This document shows, piece by piece, positions 1-13,900 of a stretch of 64,000 nucleotides of DNA (its first letter is position 1; every line of letters starts with the position of its first letter). The stretch spans positions 41,788,001-41,852,000 of the forward strand of contig OX597820.1 in the NCBI GenBank assembly GCA_951406725.2, given 5' to 3'. The stretch is from Octopus vulgaris (taxonomy: Eukaryota). Both the position numbers and the translations under genes were made by a program. The notes under the pieces were generated by a model. That model did not search any database and was not told the origin of the DNA. It saw nothing but the letters and a program-made list of their open reading frames with translations.

Positions 1-84
1 GTTTATATGTATACACACACACACACAAAGATAAATTGTGTGGGCAAACAAATATATGAGATACTGCCTAGTGTTTTTTTTTAT

Positions 85-399
85 TTTGAGAAGCCTGGTA
101 CTTATTCTATCAGTTTCTTCTTGTGAAGCCAGTAAGTTATGGGGGTGTAAATAAACGAACACCAGTTGTGAGGCAGTGATGAGGGAGAAACACAAAGACA
201 CACACACACAGACTAACATATATACATATATATACGATTGATTTCTTTCAGTTTCTGTCTACAAAATCCACTGACAAATCTTTGATTTGTCTGAGGCTAT
301 AGCAGAAGACACATACCAAGTCACCACTCAGTGGGACTGAACCCAGTACCATGTGTTTTGGAACGAAGTTTGTTACCACACAGCCACACATTTGCACCT
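85..399 (-). mobile_element. tRNA-derived SINE, family A (CORE-like central domain, octopus OR-type), diverged copy
   Basis: Reverse complement is colinear with the copy at 10194-10590: head ggtgcaaatgtgtggctgtgtggtaac...gggttcagtcccact, then gtgtcttctgctatagcctc, gtggattttgtagacagaaactgaaagaa and gatagaataagtaccaggctt. Confidence 0.85.
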
Positions 400-590
400 A
401 TGTATGTGTGTATGTGTGTGCGTGTATGTATGTATGGGTGAATATTTATATGCATGTATATATGTGTATATATTACATGTACATCTACATATATATACAT
501 CTACACATATACATGTATACATATACATCTATATGTATCGAAATAAATGTATACATATACAGCTATACACACATACACACACACATACAT

Positions 591-648
591 AAGTGCAGGT
601 GTGGCTGTGTGGTAACAAATTTCGTTCCAAAACATATGGTCCTGGGTT
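591..648 (+). mobile_element. SINE family A head fragment, inverted copy of 340-399
   Basis: aagtgcaggtgtggctgtgtggtaacaaatttcgttccaaaacatatggtcctgggtt is a near reverse complement of 340-399. Confidence 0.8.
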
Positions 649-898
649 TAAACATAAATTTAAAATAATAAGGGTGAGAAATTGAATATTAATTTGATTA
701 ATATGAATTGAAAACCAGTGGTGTAGCATATAAGACCATAGCGGATCTTCTTCTAGCAAAATGGATGTTCACTGTTAATGGTTCATCCCTCTTATATAAT
801 AGTTTGACTTTAATAGTTTCAGTATTAAAGTGAAAATATCTGACATTACAATAGAGAGATGTTTTTGTTTCACTTTTAACACGTAATACTGAAATATT

Positions 899-1220
899 GG
901 AGAAGATATGATATTGCTGTGGGCTTTTTCCCCATGACACTTTCCCCATGACTTTTTCCCCATGACACTCCCTGGACCCTAAGTAAGGCATGTGTAACAT
1001 TTGAATGAAATTGGTTGAGTAGTTCTCAAGTTTTAGGGATACATAGTGGAGAATACATGATATTACTGTGGGCTCGCCCTACGCAAGAAGTTAGAAATGT
1101 TTTTGCCCATGACACTACATGGACTCTAAGTAAGGCATGTGTAAAATTTGAATGAGATTGGTTGAGTAGTTCTCAAGTTTTAGGGATGCACGCAGACAGA
1201 CAGACAGACACACATTCTCA

Positions 1221-1225
<5 letters not shown>
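899..1225 (+). mobile_element. Helentron-associated non-autonomous element (HINE/DINE-1/pearl-like): two ~150-bp tandem units plus (GACA)n near the end
   Basis: Units 899-1047 and 1048-~1195 share ggagaa..atgatatt.ctgtgggct...cccatgacact...taagtaaggcatgtgtaa.atttgaatga.attggttgagtagttctcaagttttagggat. They are followed by (CAGA)n, cacacattctcagtttt and (TA)n. Confidence 0.6.
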
Positions 1226-1276
<51 letters not shown>

Positions 1277-1439
1277 CATACATATACATACATACATATA
1301 TACACGCATACGCACTGAAAATCCCGTTGAGATATATATTTGTATATTCGTGTGTTCGCGTGTGCAAGTGAATGTACCAACATGCGTGTGTGAGTTTTCG
1401 TTTACATGAAGATATACCGTTGTCTTGGTCTAGCACAAG

Positions 1440-1700
1440 ATCTATGAAATAGTGTAAAAGACAATAATACATTTCTTGGTGTTGGCAGTGAATAATAAGC
1501 ATTCTCACTGAGATGACATTTTCCATAATGTCTTTAGCGACACCTGCCGATAGAATTCTTGCTTCTGACGCCAATAGGACATTAGATGAGTGATTCTAAA
1601 GGGAAGAAGTCTTTGCAACTTCATCAAATATTTAGGAAGAAGACCTAATTAACAGTATTTACCACAGAGTAATGGCAGATAAATCACTGACTTAACGCCT
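1440..1700 (-). pseudogene. Possible heavily decayed non-LTR (RTE-like) reverse transcriptase fragment
   Basis: Minus-strand ILSAGVAKDIMENVISVRMLIIHCQHQEMYYCLLHYFIDL weakly resembles the RT N-terminal QxGF...LRxxIE...FIDxxKAFD segment. Confidence 0.25.
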
Positions 1701-2039
1701 TTATTTACGTTCTCCTCGCCTATCAACACAGCTATTATCAACCTTACAACTGATATCATTATCACCATCAAAATTTTCAGCAAAACAACGACCGCTACTT
1801 TCTCCAGCCTATTACAACAACACATAACAGACTATTCCACACTTTCACAATTCAACGAGAGGCATTGAGACATATTTAATGTAATTATATATTCATATAC
1901 ATTTATATTTATTTGTAATTGTATGTGCTCATATGTTTGAACATCTATGCCCAATTACATCTATTTATGAATACATACATATGTATGTGGCAGGGATCAT
2001 AAACAGGCACACACGCGACCATATGAATATAATATATAG

Positions 2040-2046
2040 AGATGTG

Positions 2047-2093
<47 letters not shown>

Positions 2094-2128
2094 GTGTATA
2101 TATATACATATATATATGTATATAGATG

Positions 2129-2165
<37 letters not shown>

Positions 2166-2194
2166 ATACATATATATTATATATATATACATAC

Positions 2195-2239
<45 letters not shown>

Positions 2240-2255
2240 TATATATATATATGTA

Positions 2256-2322
<67 letters not shown>

Positions 2323-2383
2323 GTATATATATATACATATATATATATATATGCATACATATATATATATATTTATATATACA

Positions 2384-2454
<71 letters not shown>
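2040..2454. repeat. Compound (TA)n/(CA)n microsatellite
   Basis: Direct reading. Confidence 0.95.
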
Positions 2455-2734
2455 GGAGGCGCAATGGCAGCGGACTCGCGGTCGTAGGATCGCGGTTTCG
2501 ATTCCCAGACCGGGCGTTGTGTGTGTTTATTGAGCGAAAACACCTAAAAAGCTCCACGAGGCTCCGGCAGGAGGAGATGATCCCTGCTGTACTCTTTCAC
2601 CACTCTTTCTCTCTTTCTTCTGTTGGCCTGCTCACTTAGCCAGCGGGGTGGCGTCATTCGAAGGCTAAAACAATGCGAACGCATTGTGACCTGCGATGTG
2701 TCGCAACATCTGATGGTCTGGTTGGTCACGTGGT

Positions 2735-2740
<6 letters not shown>
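2455..2740 (+). mobile_element. tRNA-derived SINE, family C, CpG-rich, inserted in (TA)n
   Basis: Starts ggaggcgcaatggcagcggactcgcggtcgtaggatcgcggtttcgattcccag (B-box-like GTTTCGATTCC). GC-rich body ends ggtcacgtggtcacgtg, with (TA)n on both flanks. Confidence 0.8.
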
Positions 2741-2771
<31 letters not shown>

Positions 2772-5387
2772 TGTATATACACTTACAAAAAGACACGCAC
2801 ACAACACACACGCACTAGCATTACAAGCAAGCATTGATACTTAGATAATCATCGGCATTAATGTGTAGTTAAAAAGTTTCTTTGTCTAATGCTCGTTCTG
2901 ATGCTGGCTTCTCATGATAGTTTCTTCTACTAATAGTTCCCCTTGACCCATAGCATTTGGTTAGAATTTATTGAATGTGGACTGCAAGTTCTTTGTTTGT
3001 ATGTATGTATATATGTATGAAAGTACGTATGTATGTATGCATATATGTAGTTATGTATGCTCGTATTTATGTATATTTATGTATGTACGCATATTTGTAT
3101 GTATGTCATTGTATGTGTGCCTTTATGAATGTAAGTATGTATGTATGTATGTATGTATGTACGAATGCATGTATGTATTTATGCGTGTGTGCATTTATAT
3201 ATGTATATGGCACAAATCGAACGAGGGTTATACGAAAGGGAGTGATGGACAATGTAAAGGTTACAAAAGGTACGCAAAATTTTGAATAGTTATCGAAAAA
3301 AATCTAAACATTCTCACACAGAAAAACGTGAACAATTTCTGCCCTGGGAATAGTATGCCGAAAGAAGACAGAAGAAAAAGAAAAAGTCTTAATTTTCGGA
3401 TAAACCCGCACATAAAAAATGGAATAAGAAACATGATTAAAGAGCGTATTCATCCTTTAGCTATATGCTACAGAATCTATACGCATGCATACACACGCTG
3501 ATACACGCATGCACTTACAGATACACGCACTTAACCTCATATAGGTGTATGTGTGTATATATTGCTAATGTAAAAAAAAAACATTTTTACGTAGTAGAAA
3601 CGTTATCTGATATAGGACTCAGTAAGCTGGGCATCGTAGATACATGTGTCTATAATATTAAATTCTAGCAATGTATTGAGAGTTTAAAAGTCCAGCTCAG
3701 CTTCAACTACGAATAACCTGAACATTTTTAGTGTAATAAACGGACGCATATATATATATATATATATATATATGAAGCGCAATTCCTACCTTCAAATATC
3801 ATTTATCTCACACTTTCGCGAAAGAATACTATTAAATATACCGAAGCAAGTTTACTATCCGGGTGGTTGGTTTTGCTTATACCTAATGAAGAAGCAAGTT
3901 TCCGTTGCGAGGTAAGACTGGATGCTTCACCACGTAAACAATAAAATACAAACTCTTTATGATCATCTCTATGGTAAGTTTCTGCATACCAATAGTTCTT
4001 TCACAACGTTTCTGCATAAGCACTAATATGTTTTCATGAAACAGTTTCAAATATTATTGTAGGTTCATATTACAATTTGCATTTATGAAAGTAAAATGAA
4101 TGAGTCCTCGTTTATTTTTGTCAGTATCAAGCTTTTACAGAGAGTTTCTATAAAAATAAAGCGAAAATGAAATAGTACATGCACAAATTCTGGAATAGTA
4201 ACATATATATTACAGAGGTCAGTTTCTATGAGTACGGTTCTTCTCACATTCGTTTAGGTCTATGAGCTAATGTATCAAACGAATATCTTTTTCATTTGTG
4301 AGGGGATGAAGCCTGCTACAGTAGGTTGGGTTTGTGTTAAAGTATTCTGCTTGTATTCTGTTTTAATGTGTGTTAAATTATCCTGCCTTTTTTTTGTTTC
4401 TTATTATTCTGTGTTATAACCGAGAACTCCTTAAACACCAACGGATAGCATTTAAGAAACGAGCTGAAATATCAGTTGTCATTTTTCCGCCATTAGTATT
4501 GTACCCTTTTTTATGGTTAAACACTACACAATTCATTCCACCTAAACGTAAGTAATTACCACATCTACATAATACTGATATTGCGATAATACTGTAAAAC
4601 TAACAAAACATTTGATTCTTGTACTCAACGTTTTTGAATAGATTTGCAGAAGTTCAATATTTAGCTATTTTCAGGCTCAACATACTTTCAAAAAAATTTC
4701 AGGCCCCTTCTATATAAAAATTGAAATATCATTTCCATAGATATGATTTCATATTCTTCATGATTGTGTCACCACGTGGGACGTGAAATGCTAGAGTGGA
4801 TCATAAACAATAAGCTACGAGATCAAATCACATTTCATTTATGAATAAAATACTAACTTCTGTAACTCAGCTAAATCATGTGCATAGTATGATAATGTCT
4901 AGTATTCAGAAATTCCTACGTAGTATCCACTGGTATTTGTTCTTAATCTTATCGTTTTAAAAATGTTTGTAGAAATGAGACTGGCAGGCACTTGTATCCA
5001 ATTACTACAAAAACATTCAATTTTCAAGTGTTAAAGATTAGCTGTGCTTTTATGGACGCTGTTATTTCTTATGTCTATCATTGTATATAGCAAGATTAGC
5101 CAAAAATTGTGATGTTAATGAGGAGAGATATACGTTTTGATTTTAGGAGAAAATAAGAGTTTATGGGAATTCTAATAGTATATTTCTATAATTAATGTAC
5201 GCCGACTACCAACGAGTAGATTTCATACTAGCAGGTGGAGTAAACTAAATTTTCTCTAATTTACAGGAAGTAAAGTAAAAGGCATTTCTAACTATAGACA
5301 AAAATGCCAATATATCACGATATATTTTTCTTTTTCTAGGACAAACGAACTGAGTTTCCAATTGAAGAACATCGACAAGAATCAAAT

Positions 5388-5629
<242 letters not shown>

Positions 5630-7336
5630 AATATCGAGGCTTCAACGACACGAATGAAAATAAGATAACAGAGGTTAAGTTTTTTTTTTCTAATCATTAA
5701 GGTTGGAAACAAGAAACCATATTAAAGAGAGAAACAATTTGGTAAGCAGAAATGGTAACTATGCTTGTGAATGTGTGTTTGTGTGTATATGTGTTTGCGG
5801 AGGTGTATTTGTGTGTTTGTGTACGTGCATATGTGCATATATATGTGCGTGCATGCGCTTGTGTATGTGTGTGTGTTTGTGTGTGTGATTCAGGAAAAAG
5901 AAAACAAAAATAGGCAAAGCAAGGTTGATGGTAACATAGATGCTGAAAATGTGGAATATCGTACGAGGCAATCGGTGGCGTCGATCGGTAGCTGTTTTGT
6001 CGGCAATATAGCGTTGGCTTAGGAATTAAATAGACGTAAGTATTAGAAGCGAAGCATATCTGTATACACTTTCTGCGTCAATAAATAGAGCAGAGCTGAT
6101 GCGCTGGTGACTGATTACAAAAGTGGGGGTGAAACATCCCTTTATAAATGCTAATCTTAATATAAAGAAAACATATAGAAAGTGTAGTATGGCTAGTAAT
6201 GGCAAATAAAACTACAAGAAAAAAAAAAAGGAAAAGAATCGAACGAAAGGAATTTTAAATATTCTTTAATTTTGATGACAGTTGAAACTGTACTGAATAG
6301 TGAATGCATTGTTTATATACGGAATTCATGGTGACCGCCTGGTCGTATTCAATATAATTATAGCTACCGCATATGCGTATATACGTGTGCGTTTATTATA
6401 TACATGAATGACTATAAATATGTAAGTTGTGTTTGTATGTGTAAGATAATATCTTTGTGAGTGCTTATGTGAAGTGTGTATATACACGCAGGGAGATGCA
6501 ACGGCACTATAAAATACTAAAGTTTACTTTTGTGTGTATGTATATACTAGAAATTGATGACTGTGGTATGCCTGAGTATGTGCACATCATAGAATAATTT
6601 GTTATGTAGGATTGTATTGGTAAATATATGTTTTTACACACGTCTGTTTGCATCTCAGTGTAGGTTTTGGTGCGATTAAATGTTTTTAGGCGTTTAATCG
6701 GCAATGTGAAAATGTGTGCGCGTTGAGAGGGTGAATATATGCGTATAACTTACCTTTGTATTTCACACGCAAATATCCACTCTTTCACATAAAAGGGAGC
6801 ACTCGCACACACTCGCACAAAATAGATATGTTTGTGTTTGCGCGCTCAAATAGATGCGTACACATGTAAGCTTCACGCAAAAACATATACACATATACAC
6901 ACAAACATGCCTCCATACACGCACAGAAACATGCGAACACGTGCTTGTGTCTAGGTGTGATTGTACGTGTGTTTATATATATATTATCATGCTGTGTTCG
7001 ATAGTATGTGTTTGCTTGTATGTATGCGTGTATGTATGTGTGAGAGAATGAGACATAGTGCGCGCGCGTGTATGTATAAAGAATTAGGCGTCATATCTTG
7101 TCGTTCTTGGAGATGTGAGATGTGAAAGAAAAGATGTTGCGGGTGGGATAGAGTGTGGAGATAATTCAAAGATTCTAATCGAAGTAGGTGTGGTATGAGG
7201 AGGCAAAAATAATTGTGTACTGCTAAGCGTGTATATACATACAAACATACATAACACAGACACATATGTGTGTATGTGTATGTATGCATATATGTATATA
7301 TAGATATATATATGTGTCTGTGTGTATGATTATGTG

Positions 7337-7374
<38 letters not shown>

Positions 7375-7937
7375 TATCTGTATGTAGATATGTATGAACA
7401 TATATCTATGTTGATATGCGTGTATATATGTATATACATATGTGTGTGTTTGTGCATGCGTATGACTGTATGCATGTATGTATCTGTGTATGTATTTGTG
7501 CGACTGTGTGTGTGAATGTTTCTGAATGTAAGTGGTGGACGTAGAGATCTGAAGGTGCTGTATGAGAGGACGGTGGTAAATCGGATAGTCGAAAGAAAAA
7601 TCAAGAAAATCCTTGAAATAAGAGGGAAGAGAAAAAAATAATAAAGACGCAAGGAAGAATAAATAAACAAATGAAGATGGAGGAGAGTTTAATAAATGTA
7701 ATGAAAGATTTCGAAGATAGCTTGAACAAATGTGATGGAGACTAAGGTGTAGCTATGGTGATGCTTGTAGAAAATATAAGAGGCTAAATGAGATAGGTAG
7801 ATAGATGGATAGGAAGATAGATGTACAGATAGGCAGATTGAGAGATGGAAAAATGCATGCACACATACATATGCACATATTATAAAGAGATGTATTCTTA
7901 TTAAGTAAATGTACATGCATATTTCCACACATACATG

Positions 7938-7990
<53 letters not shown>

Positions 7991-8062
7991 TAATATATAT
8001 ATATACATATATATACATATGTATATATATATATACATAGATATATCTATACATATATATTT

Positions 8063-8107
<45 letters not shown>

Positions 8108-8141
8108 GATATATCTATACATATATATATATGAAATATAT

Positions 8142-8199
<58 letters not shown>

Positions 8200-8501
8200 G
8201 TATATATATATGCATATATATAAGCACATGCATATTGATACGGATATGTACACTGATACATGCATACAGAGATGAAGACCTGCATACATACATAGACATT
8301 GACAAACTTAGATGCAGGCAGGAACATTATGACGAGAATGTAAGGAATATTTTTATTGGTGAGTTAAGTGTAGATGTGATGAGGATAGGAAATGAAGTGG
8401 TTAAAATAGTGTGGGGAGATGCAATTAGAGAGAGAGTGAGGGGGGGAAATGAATTGAAACAGATGACAAGTGAAGAGAAATCATTTGTATAATGAAAGGA
8501 G

Positions 8502-8566
<65 letters not shown>

Positions 8567-9113
8567 GCGCCACTGATTTGAAAGAATGATGTCCATGAAG
8601 AGTAAGCTGTATTGATGAGGATAGTTTAATATATGCTAAGCTCAGGTGAGAAAATGGAAGACAGATAGGTTGGTAGGATGCATTGTGAGTGAGGGGATAT
8701 TAGATAGATGGATAGTCTGAGTGAGTTAGATATATAGGTAAAACGAAGGGTGGGTTAGATAGTTTGAGAGAGACTAACTTCAATGAAGTGAAGTAAAAAG
8801 TATATAAGTTAAATTGATTTACTGATGCAAAGGAGAAGGGTAAGTGAAATATAGCATGGGTTATAATGATAATTAACAATTTTGGAATTTAGGAGAAGGC
8901 ATACGTGAACAGGTAGAAATCTGAAGTAGACGAATAAGAATGGACGGAAAAGAAAGTTGTCGGATGAGAAACAGAAATTAGAATGTTGATTCAGGTGTAG
9001 AAGGAATGAAATAACGTTGAGAGAAAAACGAAAGAGAAGTGAAGATGGAGAATAAACAAAAGAAAATGCCCGTACTCATTCGGAAAAAATGATGGATGAA
9101 AACAATCAGTGGA

Positions 9114-9229
<116 letters not shown>

Positions 9230-9764
9230 GAATGTGTATATATATACATATATATATATATATAGATAGATATATGTATGTATGTACGTATACATAAGCG
9301 CATTGTGTATATGTCTGTGTGTCTGTGCGTTTGATTTTGACTGTGTACGTGTGTGCCTGAATAAATCAGTTTATGATGAACACAGAAAGAAAGAGATGTG
9401 TACTAAATGAGAGACAAGATAGAAAAAAATATAGATGAAATATATGAGCGTATATGCTGATGAACAGTCGATGAAGAGTGATAGAGTGTATAATGATACA
9501 CATCAGAATAAAATGGACGAAGCAAAGGCATCAGTAATTTTAAATTGCAAGCGAATAGAGCATGACAAAATCTTGTTTTAAAGAAATAAATGGATCTACC
9601 ATTGGCTTCAGTGACGACTATTCAAGTTGGTGTCAATCAACCACAGCTACTTATTCATTGTAGGATCATCCAAAGCACTCAGTATTCCGGTGATACATTC
9701 ACTATTGAAATAATCTTCAAACTGAATTAGTGTGTATTACAAATGTGGTCCCTTAAAATATATT

Positions 9765-9915
9765 AGTTTCAAATTTTTACACAAGGCCAGAAATTTCGAG
9801 GTAGGGGTAAGTCGACAACATCGACCCAGGTGTTTATTGGTACTTGTTTTATCGACCCCGGGAGGATGACAGGCACAGTCTACATTGGTGGAATTAGATC
9901 TTAGAATATAAACAA
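9765..9915 (-). mobile_element. SINE family B fragment (Meta-domain-like)
   Basis: gtcgacaacatcgacccag...ggtacttgttttatcgaccccgggaggatgacaggcacagtc is a diverged reverse complement of the core of 29601-29988. Confidence 0.75.
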
Positions 9916-10193
9916 GGATGAAATCAATATATTACCTAGCAATAAAAGCGTTATTAACGTCCAATAAACGCAATGTCGACATAGGCGCAAAAAAATAACC
10001 CAAGGCTTCCATTGTTCAAAGGATCATGTTTTACATATTTGTATTTATTGAAATAAAACGTAAAATGAAAATTTCTATATAATTTTCTATGATATACAGA
10101 TATAGTGTAAAAACTTACGCAAATATTCTCAATTTCAAAGAAAAAAATGTGTCACTTTTTAAATGAAAACAGTCGAATAGAGTCATTAGTAAA

Positions 10194-10590
10194 GGCGCAG
10201 GAGTGGCTGTGTGGTAAGTAGCTTGTTTACCAACCACATGGTTCCGGGTTCAGTCCCACTGCGTGGCACCTTTGGCAAGTGTCTTCTGCTATAGCCTCGG
10301 GCCGACCAAAGCCTTGTGAGTGGATTTGGTAGACGGAAACTGAAAGAAGCCCGTCGTATAGATGTATATATATGTATGTGCGCGTATGTTTGTGTGTCTG
10401 TGTTTGTCCACTAGCATTGCTTGACAACCGATGCCGGTGAGTTTATGTCTCCGTTACTTAGCGGTTCGGCAAAAGAGACCGATAGAATAAGTACTGGGCT
10501 TACAAAGAATAAGTCCCGGGATCGAGTTGCTCGATTAAAGGCGGTGCACTAGCATAGCTGCAGTCAAACTGACTGAAACAAGTAAAAAGA
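10194..10590 (+). mobile_element. Full-length tRNA-derived SINE, family A (CORE-like)
   Basis: A-box-like tggctgtgtggt, B-box-like ggttcagtccc, CORE-like gtggcacctttggcaagtgtcttct, an internal (TG) tract and a 3' end gactgaaacaagtaaaaagag with A-rich tail. Confidence 0.9.
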
Positions 10591-10650
10591 GAAAAAAAAA
10601 GAGAAAAGAGAGTGTGGGACAAAGTGAGTGAGTGAGTGAGTGACATACAA

Positions 10651-10663
10651 ATAGATAGATAGG

Positions 10664-10752
<89 letters not shown>

Positions 10753-10755
10753 GGA
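10651..10755. repeat. (AGAT)n tetranucleotide microsatellite
   Basis: Direct reading. Confidence 0.95.
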
Positions 10756-11013
10756 TAATAAAAGAATGTAAAAACAATACAGTGTGCGGGGAGAGACGAA
10801 AAGTTTAAAATGAAATAATAGAGGAAAGGAAATAAGTGAAGTGTGTAGAAGATAGGAAAGACAAATAAGGAAGGAGTAGATGTTGGAAAATAAAACAATT
10901 AGGATAAGAGTGGGCGAAGGGAGTTAACACGACGGAAGAAGAGAAAGACTTATAGGAACAGGGAAAGTAAAAAAAAGACGAGATGAAAAAGAGTGTGTGT
11001 GTGCGTGTGAGAG

Positions 11014-11072
<59 letters not shown>

Positions 11073-11227
11073 ACAGACAGAGAAGAGAGCTTGATGTTAA
11101 GAATTTCTGAGAATCTCTCTTCATAAGATATTAAAGGACTCTAACTATCTCACACTGAAATAAAATTAACTTTTCAATAGTAAAAGATGCGCACAAAGTC
11201 TACAATGCTTACACATTGAAGCATACT

Positions 11228-11285
<58 letters not shown>

Positions 11286-12689
11286 CATATCTTTATGTTA
11301 ACAAGCGAAAGCAAAAGCACACATTTCAAGGTGCAGAGGTTACATCTACGGGGAAACACCTGACGATATCTTCCATTGCTTCTCGGAGTTTCACAGACGT
11401 ACATATGCGATAGACCAATATATAGAATACTGTCGATAAAACTATCCTGTATTTTGATGAATCTCGAAGCAGTAGGCTTAGTCTAACTGAAGCGTTCCAA
11501 CGATTTCCAGATGAGAAAGGAAGACTGCCAATTTGATTCCTTTTTTCGAACGTACCCTTAGCAGGTTTGAGTCTACATCAAACTACAAGTGATCGTTACT
11601 GCGCCGTGTTATTTGTACTTATCAATAGAGTTAATGCTTATCTGAACTGCCGCAGAAATATATAATGTATGCATCTAAAATATATAATATGATGTCTTCT
11701 AACAAGTATGTGCGTCATGTTGCTGTTATGAGCTGACTGCAATAACTTGATGACACTCAGTAAAATTTGCCTGTGATGTTGCCCACTATAAAAGATTAAG
11801 TGCATTGATAGGTCGGACAGATTTTATTTTGTCGCATCTCACTAATATGGAATAACAACGCTAAACGAAAAATATTCCCAAATGAAATTTAATAATGAAA
11901 AAAAAATGTTCATTTGATGATGGTACTTTGATAACAGTCGAAAGATGGAATATTGAAAGAAAAGATGGAAGTTACAAAGTAAGTTAAATGACTTTATTAG
12001 TAAATAAACAATAAGTGTTAGGGATATAGAGATAGTGATGGGAAAAAAAGAGCCAAAACAAGATACGATTTGTGTGCCACGATAGTAGATATTTCTTTAA
12101 TTAGAATTGATGTTGCAATAAAGTACAGATATCATTAGGGTTACTAAGTAAAAAAAAATCAATGCCGGGGAAGAAAAGAAAGGAAGTGTACTGTAGCGAT
12201 AAATAATGTAAACGAGAAAGTGTAATATAGAAAGTGTGACAAAATGTAAAATGAATAATGATGGTAAGAGATGCAAAGAATTTGTGAAAGAAATAGGCAA
12301 TATACTGAGAGAAGGAAACAAAACCTCAAACAAAGAGAAAGTAATAGGGAAAAGAAATATTATGAGAATCAGAGCTGGACAGTCAATTATGATTGATGGA
12401 ACGAGGATAAGACACACATACAAGCAGGTAAGTAGCCATATTATCTTAAAAGATGAAATGAAATTATTCTCCATTAGGATCAGAGTTACAAGGAAAATCA
12501 CAGTTCAATGTTTCTCCTAAAATAGACTGAACTTATGAAACAGCGCACCAACCATCAGACGCAGTGTACTTGTAGTTGCAACGTTGTGCAGACGTGATTT
12601 TGATTGTCAGTCTGATAATATACATATCACCTTGTGATGATACACATATCATGTTGTGACCACTTACAGTGTTATGGTAAATTCAACAA

Positions 12690-13195
12690 GGAAAATTTTA
12701 AAGAGCAAAGTGTTTGCATGAAATTCTGCTTCAAATTTGGAATTTCATTCACAGAGATTTTTCTTATGCAGCAAAAATTATATGGAGAATATTGTTAGAA
12801 CATTTTTTTCCCACGGGGATAGGAGATCAATACAGAATATTACTTGAATGTTGGCAGTTTTGAAGTGTTCGAGAGAGACTGTGCAAATTAAGCGCCCTAT
12901 TTTATAGATAAGCAAAACCTGGTTTACACACCACGATTACACAACCGCTCACTCTCCACTTTTTAACAGTGACATTTTGATGAATCACAAGACGACACTT
13001 ATCCTCCTATCCATACTGGGTGTTGCCTCACGAAGGGTCAACGATTTCAGAAATGAAACTACCCGAGAAAACATTGCTATGAAAATTGCGCTGTGGTCCT
13101 GAAAATACTCACGAGAACTTCTTTTAGAACAAGAAAAGCGTCGGATGGGCTGTATAATTTTTGGTGATAAAATGTTTTGGAAGGGTCGATTTCCA
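12690..13195 (+). mobile_element. Decayed, internally deleted mariner transposase
   Basis: From 12703: EQSVCMKFCFKFGISFTEIFLMQQKLYGEYC* (mariner N-terminal HTH, cf. EQRxxIKFCxKLGKxxxET..L..xYG). Then VLKCSRETVQIKRPIL*ISKTWFTHHDYTTAH (cf. LHHDNAPAH) and later KGQRF. Stops and frameshifts are present. Confidence 0.8.
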
Positions 13196-13649
13196 TTATA
13201 TAGTCAGTAAATTAAAAAAATATGGCTCTTTTAAACAAATCTCGTAGGTGCCCCTACTGATATCGTTTGACACTTCAGGATCCCTCTTATCTTGCTACGC
13301 CATGGTAAGTAGAATTCGTTATTGTAAACAGGCGAAATGCAGCATAACTGGCAAGTTTATCATCAGTTAAAAGTATTGATTTAAATGTTTTACTTATAAA
13401 GAATCAATTGTTTGCTTTATTTTTCAAAACTGATCCAGCAAAAGGATTATGGAGAGGTACCCCAATATTAATAGCATAATTAATATACTAACAGTGCAAA
13501 ACTTTTGGTATAATGTTTAGTGACAAAGAATGAGTATATTACCCATAGTATGGGTAAATCAACGAGAAGGCTATAAAACAAAGAAAGACCACAAATTAAA
13601 AATATAACAAGATGCAATATAAAATGTAGAGAAGCAATTAGTTGGAATG

Positions 13650-13900
13650 GCAATGGTAAGGGGCATAGTATTGGACTCCAGCAGGAAACTAGTGATTGAC
13701 CAACAACATGGTATTATTGAACACTATAAGAACAAAACACGTAGATTGATCGATATATCATGTTGTCTAAGAGAGAAGCATATGAATCAAAGAAACGAAA
13801 TGAATGTTTAAACACATAGAATATACCGAGACAAAGGTAGCAAGAATATGGGGGTAGGTAAATTTCCATCCCTGCAGTAATAGGATAATTATTTGAAAAA
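13650..13900 (+). mobile_element. Very decayed R4/Dong-like non-LTR retrotransposon, REL endonuclease fragment
   Basis: Pieces translate as NMVLLEHYKNKTRRLIDISC, ETKVARIWG and IPAVIG, resembling PDIVxxDxKxKTCxLIDIS...EVxRMW...IPVVIG. Confidence 0.4.

Noticed and set aside
1933-2639. Long ORFs of 130-208 aa (here and at 25127-25753 and 58159-58715)
   Set aside because: They are YI/HT/VC/YLSI translations of stop-free microsatellites, not genes.
3882-3915. CTAATGAAG..GCAA/TTGC-GAGG as another hammerhead relic
   Set aside because: Both core segments are mutated; too degenerate to support.
10194-10265. tRNA gene
   Set aside because: A/B-box-like motifs continue into a multicopy SINE body with no clean cloverleaf; the same applies at 2455 and 29601.
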